A stretch of 64,000 nucleotides of DNA from Octopus vulgaris (Eukaryota). The stretch covers positions 66,526,001-66,590,000 of the forward strand of contig OX597816.1 of NCBI GenBank assembly GCA_951406725.2, read 5' to 3'. The translations under genes and the position numbers were made by a program. Under the pieces are notes generated by a model that was not told the origin of the DNA, made no database searches, and worked only from the letters and a program-made list of their open reading frames with translations. Shown piece after piece: positions 39,983-53,612 of the stretch (position 1 is the first letter of the stretch; each line of letters begins with the position of its first letter).

Positions 39983-40054
39983 CAGAAGATGTTGTATGCT
40001 TATATGTACAATACACTGCATGTAACAATAGCAAGTTGTGAAACTTTGACTCAC

Positions 40055-40530
40055 CTGATGTAAGTTCTCGACGGCTTGGACTATGTGGCTGTACAAAGGT
40101 ATTCATGTTCGTATATCTATTGGCGAAGGCACAAGTTATCACAGATGGACGCAACTGCTGCTGTTGGGTAGACAGTGCTGAGGAATTGGCAGGTGAAGGG
40201 ATTGGAGAGGAGTTGTTGTTGTTGTTGTTGCTGTGGTGGTGGTGATGATAATGATGGCTGTTGGTGTTACTGTTGTTGTTGTTGTTATTGTTATTATTAA
40301 TACTATTGCTACTACTACCACCGCCACTGTTGTTGTTGTTGTTGTTGTTGGAGACAGAGAGATTTAATGGAAGGTTTTCAGTATCCATATCGAGAGATTG
40401 AGAAAGACACTGTGAGACCATAGATGTTGACTGTTGCTGTTGATGGTGGTGTGATTGATGTGACTGATGGTATGGTTCAGCAATCATTACTACTTCGCCA
40501 TCACGGCTGAATTCAAAACTAGAAAATTGC
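40055..40530 (-). CDS. VGLL4: VGLL4/Tgi-like gene, coding exon A (476 nt, phase 2 to phase 1); upstream exon(s) not located
   Basis: Polypyrimidine acceptor ttttcag|G at 40531-40533 and donor TCAG|gtgagt. Encodes QFSSFEF...PLNLS...(N/S/H/Q low complexity)...RPSVITCA...RRELTS. RPSVITCA is a conserved VGLL4/Tgi motif. Joins exon B in frame. Confidence 0.9.
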
Positions 40531-40684
40531 CTGAAAAGAAAAAAGAAAAAAGAAAAAATGTAAACAAAATAACCACAGAATTTGCTGGATATGATGTAAG
40601 ATCTGGATGCTGTTATTATGAGAAGATGTGTATGTGTACAATAAGTTTGGACAGGTCCTCTAGGTTCTAGATTCATAGAGTGAG

Positions 40685-40744
<60 letters not shown>

Positions 40745-40750
40745 TGTGTA

Positions 40751-40804
<54 letters not shown>

Positions 40805-41305
40805 TATATAGGGTAGCGAGTATTCGTTATAAATATCACTACCAGTGGTCTAACATGTATAAATAGTCAATAGACAAAATATTCATATTTTAAAAAGTGT
40901 ACATTTAAACACAAGAGAAAACCACCTTTTAACAGGTAATTTTTACATGCTAGAAATAGCAGCCAACACGGCCAAAACCATGATTTAATAGCAGATTTCG
41001 AAGGAACTGAAAAATAAAAGCTTTTATCTTGTTATTTTAATATATATATATATATAAATAAAACAAGGGAAGAATGGAGTTGGTGGCATCACATTTCTTC
41101 CATGGTTTACAGCTGTTTCAACATGTAGGTAAATATATCATTTAACAAGTTGATAAACATGAATGAAAGCAATGATTATATAACATTGATTGTATAATAA
41201 TGATTATGAGTTCAAATTCTGCTGAGGTTGACCTTGCCCTGCATCCTTCTGGGGTCAATGAAATAAGCACCAGTTGAGAACTGGGTTCAATGTAATCGAC
41301 TAACA

Positions 41306-41351
<46 letters not shown>

Positions 41352-41624
41352 AAATCAAAATCAAAATGCGGGTGAAAAAATTGGATATTAATTTGATAAC
41401 ATCAATTTTAACATCAGTGGTCTAGCATATAAAAAAATTGAGATTCAGTAAATAATAATTCATACATAAATATAAGAGGGAATTTTTTAACCACTATGTG
41501 GAAACCCTTATGCTAGAAGAAGATCTGCTATGGTCTCAACCACTAAGAATTCTTCTCCAGAAAATTTAGCACACCAGAAACATAAGCAAGCAAGACAAAT
41601 GAAAAATAACAAAAATATAGATTA

Positions 41625-41702
41625 ATCACAAACAATTGTTTCACTATCAATAAATTACATAATTTTACTTATACAATTTATCTGTAGGATCGTCAGTGTG
41701 AT
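41625..41702 (-). ncRNA. Hammerhead-like motif with long stem II (family 4)
   Basis: Minus strand reads ATCACA CTGACGA TCCTACAG ATAAATTGTATAA gtaaaa TTATGTAATTTAT TGATAGT GAAA CAATTG T T TGTGAT. ACAATTGT palindrome; the 10.1-11.1 pair is non-canonical. Lies between inverted arms 41470-41508 and 41814-41852. Confidence 0.65.
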
Positions 41703-41877
41703 CCTCTTTGCAAGATGTAATTTGTAGAACTCCACGCCAGATATCAACACAAGGTTGAAAATGTATGTAGTTCCACCTATTATATTTGCAGTTATTTTCA
41801 AAAGTCTTCGTTTAGGGTTTCCACATAGAGGTTAAAAAATTCCCTCTTATATATATAAAAATAAAAACAACCAACAC

Positions 41878-41918
<41 letters not shown>

Positions 41919-42046
41919 AAGTGTTAATGAAAAAACTCTAGTATTATGCAATAAAGTGTGTTGCTCACTCCATTCTCCTTGTTTATATATAGGGTTGGCC
42001 AAAAGTCATCCAACTGTAAATCAAAATTCCATAAATACTATCTGCA

Positions 42047-42097
<51 letters not shown>

Positions 42098-42396
42098 ATA
42101 TCATCATCATTTAACGTACATTGTTCATGCTGGCATGGGTTGGATGGTTTGACTGGGCTGGCACATTGGAAGGTTGCACTAGGATACAGTCTTATTCGGC
42201 ATGGTTTCTACAGCTTGATGCCCTTCCTAATGCCAACCACTCCGAGAGTGTAATCGGTGCTTTTATGTGCCACTGGCATGGGTGCCATTTGTGTGACACT
42301 GGTATCTGCCATGACTGCGATTTGCTCAGCTTGATGAGTCTTCTTCTCAAGCATGACATAATGCCAAAGGTCTTGGCCATTGCCTCAGTGAGGCCC

Positions 42397-42455
<59 letters not shown>

Positions 42456-43332
42456 GTGTAGAAGTAGATTCCTATCTCTGCTTCATATTCAATCAGAAGA
42501 AATGATGGCATGGATTTAATTATATTGTTACACACATATATAATTTTGATGAATCCAAGCAATAGAAGAATAAAAATAAACATCATTAATTAGGAAATAA
42601 TTTTATTAGTTATTAGAAACATGAAGAAATTGGTAAATTATCTCATAGAGGATAGATTTCTTTTTTTTCTTTCTTAATAAGTAAGGTTGGTTCTTCTTAA
42701 ACAACAAGATAAAAACAAAATTGACAAAAATAAGAGAGAGAGAAAGGAAGATGACAAATACACAGATGTAAGTATAGTTGTAACTGAGGTAGGTGAACAA
42801 GAATTACAAAGACATTCCTCTGTAAGAATTTGTTACTAGTTCTAAATACTTGGTGCTGGTGTAACACTAACTACAGCAGAACAGAATAGTGGCTGTATAT
42901 AATAGCAAGTAGCTAGAGATTTTCTGGTCTCCTAATTTTAGGGTTACAACCATGTCTAGAGAGGATTTTTATTTACATTTTTAGGACGGAAAATATGTTA
43001 TAGACAGGGGAGTAGTAACAGTTTGGACTAACTGTATGAGAGTGATCCATACGTCCATATTTTTAGCTCATTAAAAAGGGCAATGGAGGAACATTCTGGT
43101 TCCTTTTACTTAAATCTGTTTAGGGGGTTTTTAAGTGCGGTTGCTTTTCATACACAGGTTCGGGAGGTTAAATCATCCTTCTGACATTGCTACGAAGACT
43201 ACTGTTATTAATAAAACCAGACAGCAAATATAGGAAAGGTTAAAATGACATTTGTAAGTTTGACTATATATATATATATATATATGTGTGTGCATGTGTG
43301 TGTGTATGTATACATTACATATGTATGTCTAC

Positions 43333-43371
<39 letters not shown>

Positions 43372-45445
43372 TATGAACACACAAAAGGTTAGAGTATATA
43401 TATATATATATGAACACACAAAAGGTTAGAGTAACATTCAGATAAAGCCACAAGTATTGCACTAACTGAACCTAAGCAAAAAGCTAAGAGTAATGGTGGT
43501 GTGAGACAGTTGTTTTTGGAAGAAAAAGAGATATTTCAGTGAAAGAATGAAAGTCTCATGGTGAAGAGGTTTGAGGTTCTGCATAAACAAAAGAAAGAGC
43601 TGAATAAATAATGCATGTGTAACATTCAATTACAGCAGGTATTTTAGTAGCCTGGGATTAAAATGCAAGCTAATACATAACTGATTCAGCAGTATTTATA
43701 GAACGAGAGAGGCCATACTGGTACAGCAGCGAACAAAGAATCAAATTACCGTAAGAACCAAGATCTAAACAGTGTCTAAAATAAGATGTCAGAATCCCCA
43801 AAGCAAAGAGAAAATAAATAAACAATGAAGTTTTAAGTTGTCTGCAAGCCAGCTGAGATTGAACCTTGTTTGACTTCTCAGTTAAAATGGCAGCAATGAA
43901 TCAGATCTTAATTTTTATTTCACAAATCAACAGGAAAAAAAAAAAAAAAAAAAAAAGTATAACTACAACTGAGTCTGCATTCGACACAATACTGATTGTT
44001 ATAAAATAAAATATTCAAAATAATAATTCGCCTGACTGGTCACCATGCCGGTGGCACGTAAAAAGCACCCACTACACTCTCGGAGTGGTTGGCGTTAAGA
44101 AGGGCATCCAGCTGTAGAAACTCTGCCAGATCAAGATTGGAGCCTGGTGCAGCCATCTGGTTCGCCAGCCCTCAGTCAAAATCGTCCGACCCATGCTAGC
44201 AAGGAAAGCGGACATTAAATGATGATGATGATGTTTCTAACATAGGGCACAGGGCCAGATATTTTTGGGAGAAGGGTTAACTTCACTACATCATCAACTC
44301 TACCTACATCACCTACCAAAGGACTCAACTGGTGCTTTATTTATTTTATCAACCTTGGAAGGATGAAAGGCGAAGTTGACCTTGGTGGGACATGAACTCA
44401 GAACATAAGAGTGACACAACTGATTACCACAAAGGACTATTTTCGACACTCAAGCAATTCTGCTAACCTACTACCCGCACTGCTGCTGCTGCTACTACCA
44501 CTACCACCACCACCAACAACAACATACAATGATAAAAGGAAAGAAAAAATGGCATTACTTGCTGAAAGATCAAGAATGCATGATGTTTAAAAAACCATTG
44601 TGTGAAATAACTCTTGTGCAAAATTGCAGACATTAGAGGAATGGTATGTAATCAGAGGATCAAGAAGTAATGTGCAAAGAGATATGACAGTTTTGACAAA
44701 ATAGAAAATAAAAAGACAGAAAATGCTTTTACACCCCAGGAGACAATTTGTTTGTTTATATATGCATTAAAAAAGATGAGAAAAAGAAAGGAAGAGGAAG
44801 AGAGAGAGAGAGAGAGAGGTGGGGGTGGGGTATTGAGGGATGTAGCTTAGTCATCGTTTTATGTCTGCTTTCCATGTTAGCATGGGTTGGACGATTTTGA
44901 CTGAGGGCTGGCGAACCAGATGGCTGCACCAGGCTCCAATCTTGACTGGGCGGAGTTTCTACAGCTGGATGTCCTTCCTAACGCCAACCACTCCGAGAGT
45001 GTAGTGGGTGCTTTTTACGTGCCAGTCAGGCGATACTGGCAATGACCTCGCTTGAATCTTTTTACACGTGCCAGTGAAGCAACAGTTGCAAAGTGTTATG
45101 TATGTAGAGTGGCAGAGGGGAAAGATCTAGAGAAACTAAAGACAATCATTAACAATGCCCAATATCAAGTAAAACACTGGCAGATATGGAAGGAATTTGT
45201 TCATGAGGAATGGGTACCTTAGGACTAGAGATGGATTGAAGGAACACCATAAGATTCACTTTCTGCATAAAGGATTCCTTATGATGGTGAGAGAGGCAAA
45301 AGTTGGAGTAAATCATTGGAAGAAGTGCCAAGGCCAGATCTCAGGGTGCTGAGCCTTACACAGGAGATGACAAACGTTTGAGATTAGCAATGATATGCTG
45401 TAAGACAGAACCATGACGACATGGTAAAACACATTAAAACAATTA

Positions 45446-45957
45446 CCGTAAATTCTTGAGTATAATCCATATTTTTCTCCCAAAATTTAATGGTCAAAAT
45501 CCTTAGTGCGTACTATATACGAGGTTAAAAATGAAAAATATTCTCTAAGCAATGTCCAAGTCTCTATTTGCTGTCCGGCAATGTTTAGTCAGATGCATTT
45601 TGTGATGTCGGGCGTGAAAATACCTTAAGCTAAGCCTGAAAGCAATGAAGTCATAAAAGAATCATCCATAACTTGCAATAAGCAACATTTATTAAATGTT
45701 ATTACTGTTATTTCTTTATTTTCTGCAAACAAAATGCACAAAAAAGCTACACATTTGCATTATGTTACATATACAATGATAATAAAGGATGTTACCGTAT
45801 ACATTTTTACAAATGAAGGATGTTATATAGACCTCCTTGACTCAAGTTAGAGAAGGGGTGCTTATTATACACAAGGTTTAGGTTTTTCAGAGTTACAGCC
45901 CCCTAAAAATCCTCTGCGTATTATACTCAAGGGCGGACTATACTCGAGGATTTACGG
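45446..45957. mobile_element. Tc1/pogo-type MITE, copy 3
   Basis: Same TIRs and interior; TA flanks. Confidence 0.9.
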
Positions 45958-47914
45958 TATGTTGATGATGATCATATAAGATTGATTACAATAGTAAACC
46001 TAAATTGTGTGTATCTAAAACTAATTCCATCACAGTCTGAGATATTCATTCAACAAATAAGGCTGAAATACATCCAACACTAGTTGGATGCTGCTGGGAT
46101 GATTTTTTGTTGCTCTCTGATAGTTATTGTGCTTTTAAAACATCAAATCCACAAGATATTCCATCTCAAGACAATACTGCAGTAACTGGCCTATCTAATG
46201 TGTATATACATTAAGTATGATACATAGATAGCTATTTTTATTTAATATTGCCTCAATTGCACTTTCTGGGTTTTCATTGATGTTTTACTTTTAAGGACCA
46301 ATAGTTAGAAAATATTACTGCTTACAATAAGAAATAACTAACTATATATATTCTATTTAGAACATTGTAAGAGGGATTACTAAATGAAACCATATACTTA
46401 CAGAAAGCAGTAATATTACTTATTATCTTCAAATGCATTCAGAAAACACATTTATATTCATGCATAAGTATGCTTTCATAAATACATCACTACACATGAT
46501 AATAACAGGGAAATGTTACTGTTGTTATGTTGCTGTCATTATTATTATTATTATTATTATTAGCCAGCATTTAAAATAAGAACAAAACATCAACAATGTT
46601 TCTTGACGTTTACATGCATGTTGAATTTTCAACTAAAGAATTCCTTGTATATCTCTGAAGAGGTCTGTTGGAATATTAGCATGATTGTTCAACAGGCATG
46701 AAGAAACACGCACACAAGCATGCACACACACACACAAGCATGCACACACACACACAAGCATGCACACACACACACAAGCATGCACACACATACACACACA
46801 CAACCACACACAAACAGTCACCCCACCTCCTCCCTCCCACAAGTAAAAAGAAAATATGAATCTGGTGATGGCGGTGGCAATGGTAGCAGAAATAACATTT
46901 CAAAAGAGAAAGAAGTGCATTGGTGCTGGTGTGATGAAGGAAGGGAAGAGAGGAAAAAGAAATAAAACAATTTTTCTTCTATGGAGGTAGGAGAGAGAGA
47001 GAGAGACTTTGCACTAATTCTTTGCAGAGAGGAAGAGGTAACTACAGCAGAGAATAGAGAAATGGCACAGAACACATGATATATGAGAGAGAGAGATGGA
47101 CAGACAGACAGAGAAGGGAATTAATCTTGAGGATATGAAGAGAAAAAGAAAAAAAAAAGGAAAAATGAAATAAAAAATATTTTCTTATATTTTTTTTTCT
47201 TTTCTTTTCTCTCTCATCTGTTTCTTCTTTTTTGTCATTTCAAACATTTTTTCTAAAACTCAAGAAGTCTGAATTCCTCTGTGGTAGTGATGCTATCTCT
47301 GAAATCTCCCCTGCCGCTCTCACTTTGGCCAAGCTGAAGCAGAGAAGAATATGCAGGGCATGGAGGTGGTGTACAGGAATAAGTGTCTGCAAAATGGTGT
47401 TAATGCTTTACCAGTCATATTTTGCAGACATAATAAGACAGCGGTGAGATAATGGCATTGTGTGGGAACATAGCTTCAATCAGTGCTTTTGAAAACCAAA
47501 ACAGTGAAAGCCAGCCAAATCAATCTCAACCAACTTTTAAACTCACACAATTTGCTGTCTCTAGAATCCACTAGCACACAGTTTCCCAACTAATTGATGA
47601 CCATAAGGTAAAATTCTTTTCAATCTAAGAATAAATGTGGGCAAATTACAATAAGATAAAGAAAGAGAGAAAAAAAAAATGAACACTGATATATAAATGT
47701 ATTTTATATATTAAGGGCCTACGTAGAGCTACTGTTCGAGGTCTCCATGGAGGAACAGGTGTGGTTGTGTAGTTAAGAAGTCTGCTTCCCAACCACATGG
47801 TTTTGGGTTCAGTCCTTCAATGTGGGACTTTGGCATGACCAAAGCCATGTGAGTGGATTTGGTAGACAGAAAGAAACTGAAAATAGTGCATCTTGTACAC
47901 ACACTCCTACATAC

Positions 47915-48650
47915 ACAGGGAAGTCAAAAATTATCTACACTTTTACCAAAATTTTCTTTAGACTGGCTCCACTGCCCTTGGTTCTTGTGCCAAAAGGTGA
48001 AACTCTGGTGGTTACAGAATGGAGGCTTGACATTGATCACTCCGGTTTTCTTTCTTGTGTTATAGAGTAAACATGGCCGCTCCACTGGCAATGTGTACCA
48101 AGGAAGAACAGAGATCAGTGATCTGATTTCTCTGGTCTGAGAGTGTGGGGGGCTGAAATTTGCTGTGGGCTTTCAGCACAATATGGAGACAGCACTCTAT
48201 TGTGTAAAAGTGTACATGACTGGATTGAAGAGTTTTAAAATAGCTGGACAAGTGTGAAGTATGAAGAGGGAGTAGGGCACCCTTCAAACTCCACCATTGA
48301 CCTGAAGATTCAACAAGCTCAAGAGATGATTCTGGAGAATCAACAACCAACCATCAATGAGGTGGCATGTTCTCTGCAAATTAGTCATGGTTCTGCATAC
48401 GATATCCATGACAAACTTTGCTTTCATAAAGTTTGTGAGGGATAGCTGCCAAGAGAGCTTACAGAAGAGCACAGGAGCAATCATGTGGAGATCGGTCAAT
48501 GCTTATTTGACCATTACACTGATGAAAGCAAACATTTTTTGGAGAGAATAGTCACAGGAGACGAGACCTGGGTTCATCACTTTGAACCAGAATCCAAAAC
48601 ATCAGGAATTGCCAGCAAAAAAGAAATTCAGGAGAAAAAGTGATGCTACA
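47915..48650 (+). mobile_element. Mariner transposase remnant
   Basis: MAAPLAMCTKEEQRSVI*FLWSE... and LERIVTGDETWVHHFEPESK. Confidence 0.88.
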
Positions 48651-51600
48651 CCATTATTTATTTACAAACTGATGAGTGAAGCACATACATAGATGAGATT
48701 CAAGCGAGGTCATTGCCAGTGACGCCTGACCGGCCCTCGTGCCGGTGGCACGTAAAAAGCACCCACTACACTCTTGGAGTGGTTGGTGTTAGGAAGGGCA
48801 TCCAGCTGTAGAAACTGCCAGATCAAAATTGGAGCCTGGTGCAGCCATCTGTTTCGCCAGCCCTCAGTCAAAATTGTCCAACCCATGCTAGCATGGAAAG
48901 CGGACGTTAAATGATGATGATGATGACACAAACTTGATGGGTTTCTAATTTCTGTCCACCAAATCTACTTACAAGGGACTGGGAGTTTCAGTAAAGAAAC
49001 CATGCAGTGAAGCTGAAACCATGTGGCTGGGAAGCAAACTTCTGAACCATATCTGCACATCATCATCATCATCATCATCGTTTAACGTCTGCTTTCCATG
49101 CTAGCATGGGTTGGACGGTTTGACTGTGGGCTGGCAAACCAGATGGCTGCACTGGACTGCAGTCTTGATCTGGCAGAGTTTCTACAGCTGGATGCCCTTC
49201 CTAACGCCAACCACTCTGAAAGTGTAGTGGGTAATTTTACGTGCCACTGGCATGGGGACCAGTCAGGCAGTACTGGCAACGACCTCACTTGAATTTTTTT
49301 TTTTTACACATGCCAACGGCACAGGTGCCAGTAAGGCGATGCTGCACCTATATATAAAAGCATTAAGTATATCCAGTTGGCATTAGGAAGAGCATCCATT
49401 CATAGAAACTGCCAGAGTAGACAGTAGAGGTCAGCAGTCTTGTGACTTGACAGCCCCAGCGACTGTCAAACCAGCCAACCTACGCTAGCATAGGAACCTG
49501 AGGTTAAATAATTACGCACACACATACACACACAACAGGAAGTCAATAGCTGACAACTATTGCAATTTTGGGTAATCAATGATCAATAAGACCTGCTGTG
49601 GTAACTCTGAACAGAAATGGGCTGGGGTGGGGTGTTTGTTAATTGAGATTAAACTTTATACTAAATTTGTGTCACCCATCTTGTGACCATCATGCCTTCT
49701 TTCTTGCATGGTAAAATGCAGAATTAGTTTAACCTGCGTATCTTTCTGGTGCTTAATTCTGACAAATAGGTTAAGTGAAGCAATGTAGAATAAATACAAC
49801 AAAAGGCTTGCAACAGATTCAAACTTATAATCAATGGGTGATAATCTAATACAGTTTTCACAGCTATTTCATACCTGTGGAGGTACAATGGCCCAGTAGT
49901 TAAGGCAGCAGACTCGGGGTTGTAGGATCGCAGTTTCAATTCCCAGACCGGGCGTTGTGAGTGTTTATTGAGCAAAAACACCTAAAGCTCTATGAGGCTC
50001 TGGCAGGGGGTGGTGGCAATCACTGCTGCACTCTTTCGCCACAACTTTCTCTCACTCTTTCTTCTGTTGGCCTGCTCGCTTAGCCAGCGGGGTGGCGTTA
50101 CTTGAAGGCTAAAACAATGCAAAGCGCATTGTGACCAGCGATGTGTAGCACATCTGATAGCCTGGTCGGTCACGGTGATCATGGTGATTTCATACCTTTC
50201 ATACTAGAATAATAAGTAGAAACGTAGAGGTTTGAACCAATGTTGACAGAGACAAAGCTTTGCGATCCTCTTCCTCTCTGTCTCTCTAATTCTCTCACTC
50301 ACTAATATCTAATACAACAGAGCTAGGTGAGAGAGAGAGAGAGAGAGAAAAGCAACATTTTCTTAATCATAGTAAGTCAACAACTACTTGTGATTAGTGT
50401 CAACAAAATGTCAACAGCAGTTCAAATGAAGTTTTCTACAAACTACACGGGCCAAGCAAATTTTTTAACCTTTTAATCATTACCCGATACACCTCGAGTA
50501 CTAATATTTAAATTAAAACCACAATAAAGATCTTACATGAATTACAATGCAAGATTTCAGTAGATAAACAGTCTTTTGAGAGGTAGATAAACAAACATTT
50601 GTTATATATTAGCAATAAATATTTTTTTAAATGTTATTTTACTAAACAATTCCAATTTATTATCATTTTTTCGCAAATTACCCGAAGAACACAGGTAGAA
50701 AATGTGAAAACCAAAGAGTTAAATCTGATTCCTACAACAGTATGCAGATGGAAGAGAAATTGTAATCTGGATAAGATTATGTTCTATCACTGAAAACTTT
50801 CTCAGAACTCTCATAAAAATTAATTACAGAGTAAATGTGGCTCACTTAATCACACAATGAAATAACTTGTAGGAGACATGAACTCATAATCTAGGAGTTA
50901 GCACTTAAGTTTCTTTTCCATTTGGCTATTTCACCGTATTACAACTGAATGTAATGTAAACACACCAACATTGGTTGTCAAGCGACAGAAGGGTGACAAA
51001 CACAGACACACACGTGTGTGTGTGTGTGTGTGTATATATACATCATCATCATCGTTTAATGTCCGCTTTCCATGCTAGCATGGGTTGGACAGTTTGACTG
51101 TGGGCTGGCAAACCAGATGGCTGCACCGGGCTCCAGTCTTGATCTGGCAGAGTTTCTACAGCTGGATGCTCTTCCTAACGCCAACCACTCCGAGTTTTCA
51201 GTTTCTGTCTACCAAATCCACTCACACGGCTTCAGTTGGTCCAAGGCTATAATAGAAGAAACTTGCTGAAAGTGTCACACAGTGGGACTGAACCTGGAAC
51301 CATGTGGTTGAGAAGCAAGCTTCTTACTACACAGCCATGCCTGTGCCTATATACAGATAATAACTTTTTTTTTTGTTTTCTGAACCTAAAAATATACAGG
51401 TAATTGCCCTTCCTCTCTTATATAATATTAATACATACACAAAAATACTTTTATGAAGCTCCGAATGAATGTATGTGTGTGTGTGTTATGCTATTCCATA
51501 TTTGTTAATGCTGGGGCATTGGAGATGTAAGCTTGATGAGATCTTAATCTCTTTCTTGGAGTTTAACCATAGAACCATCATAACTGCCACCACAAAACTG

Positions 51601-53206
51601 ATAGAGAAAAAAAAACGAAAAAAAATATAAAGAAAAAGAAATGAAGTTAGAAATATTTGGAATAGAATTTTAAGTGAAATGCAGCGATACATATGTGTGT
51701 GAGCACGTGTGTGTGTGCATGCGTGTGAAGAAAATGTTTCTCCTTAAAGAACTAACATTCTCAGAATTCTCTTAGTTTCTTAGCTCTTGGTTCTTAACAT
51801 CATCATCGTCATCCTGATGATGATGATGATGATGATGGAGCTTAGATTATCAGCAATGCATATTATGCCTAGTTTAGCACACCGTGCAAACACATTCTAG
51901 TCACTGACTGCATACTGTGTGCATGTGTATGCGTGCGTCTGCTTGTAAATTTGCATAGCCCCATCTAAGTAATCATTAACATCCTCATCCTTCTCCTCCT
52001 CCTCCTCATCATCACAATACAAGCAAGGTAAATTCCACACCGCCCACCCATTTTGTTAGTCCCCTCAGATGACATCTGGAAAATATAAACAGTCCTCCTC
52101 CACTCAATAATAATAACAAGCAAATTAAAATAAACAATAACAATAATAAACATCCAGAAAAATATCTGATTTGTTTTATTTATAATTTTTATTTTATCAT
52201 AATTATCATCATCACCTCATAATCATCATCACCATCAGCATCATTATTATCACTCTTCTTCTTATTTTTGTTGTTATTATTATCATTATTATTCAACACC
52301 CACCTTTCTAAATACATACCATAGCTTAGTCTTGCCAAATATTTGCCAAAGAAGATGACGTTTATGGCAGCATAATAGAAATGACATGGCTATTATTATT
52401 ATTATTACTACTATTATTATTATTATTATGTAAAAAAAGATACAAAGAAAAAATAAAAATATAATAACAAGTGCAAAGATATGCAAACAGTTATTTTGAG
52501 AGAATAGAAGAGAAAGAAAGATGGAGAAGGTATTTTTAAAAAATATTTGTTTATCTTTTTTGCACGATGAATTGCAAAAAAACAAAAGCAAAAAAAAAAA
52601 AAGAGGGGGTAGACCTTCATGTACTCAATGTAGCATGAAGTTAGGTATTTGGTCAGTAACTGCAGCTATTGTAGAACATCAGATACCCAAGATGAAGCAA
52701 GACATGTCCAGCTATGATCAGGCGATGGCTGAGGATCTTTCAGCCTGTTTTTCATTGGTCCCGTATCACACTTTAGATTGGCACTGAGATAGAATATCTT
52801 GATATTTTGCAACCAGGTGAACTGGGAGATAAGCAGGAAAATAATTGTCATGTTTAATTACAAATGCATTGTTTCATAAGCCAATGAAAGAGTCTTCGTG
52901 TGGACACTTAACCTGCAAGAAGTATAACTTAATCTCCCTCAAATTGCACACAACTGCCTTAAAAGTGGAAAATACTCGATTGTATGCAGTTTTAGATGCC
53001 CTGTATGTGATGGTCACAACTAGCTATAGGCATAGGAGTGGCTGTGTGGTAAGTAGCTTGCTTACCAACCACATGGTTCCGGGTTCAGTCCCACTGCATG
53101 GCACCTTGGGCAAATGTCTTCTACTATAGCCTCGGGCTGACCAAAGCCTTGTCAGTGGATCTGGTAGATGGAAACTGAAAGAAGCCCATCATTTATATCT
53201 ATGTAT

Positions 53207-53252
<46 letters not shown>

Positions 53253-53398
53253 TTGTGTGTCTGTGTTTGTCTCCCCAACATCGTTTGACAGTCCTGGTGT
53301 CAATTTGCTTGACTAAAGGCGATGCTCCAGCATGGCCGCAGTAAAATGACTGAAACAAGTAAAAGAGGCCATACTTGATGAGAACTGACTTGGGTTAA

Positions 53399-53612
53399 CC
53401 CTTTAGCATTTAAACTGGCCATGTTTGACCCAAATATTCTACTAATTCTATGTTCAAACTGACCAGACCCTGCCTCTCACATCTACACTACAATGTCATT
53501 CTAAAAATATACAATCACATCACTGAAATCTCAAAGCCACAAGACAGTCCATGATTAATTCAAAAACAATGTGAATAAATAAACATTAATTTTGATAGAG
53601 AAACCTGAAGGG
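53399..53612. mobile_element. piggyBac-type MITE
   Basis: TTAA|CCCTT...AAGGG|TTAA termini. A similar partial element starts near 21200. Confidence 0.65.

Noticed and set aside
41100-41170. GAAACAGCTGTA palindrome on minus strand
   Set aside because: Stem III-like, but no CUGANGA core found upstream.
47260-47390. Candidate minus-strand exon (ttttgcag|ACACTT...AAA|gtgaga)
   Set aside because: Phase cannot be tied to exon A, and no family similarity is recognisable.
52666-52787. Candidate upstream VGLL4 exon on minus strand (ctatctcag|T...ANLKCDTGPMKNRLKDPQPSPDHS)
   Set aside because: The only nearby donor (TGG|gtatct) is weak and phase 0, incompatible with the phase 2 start of exon A; no recognisable motif. 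Needs RNA-seq.
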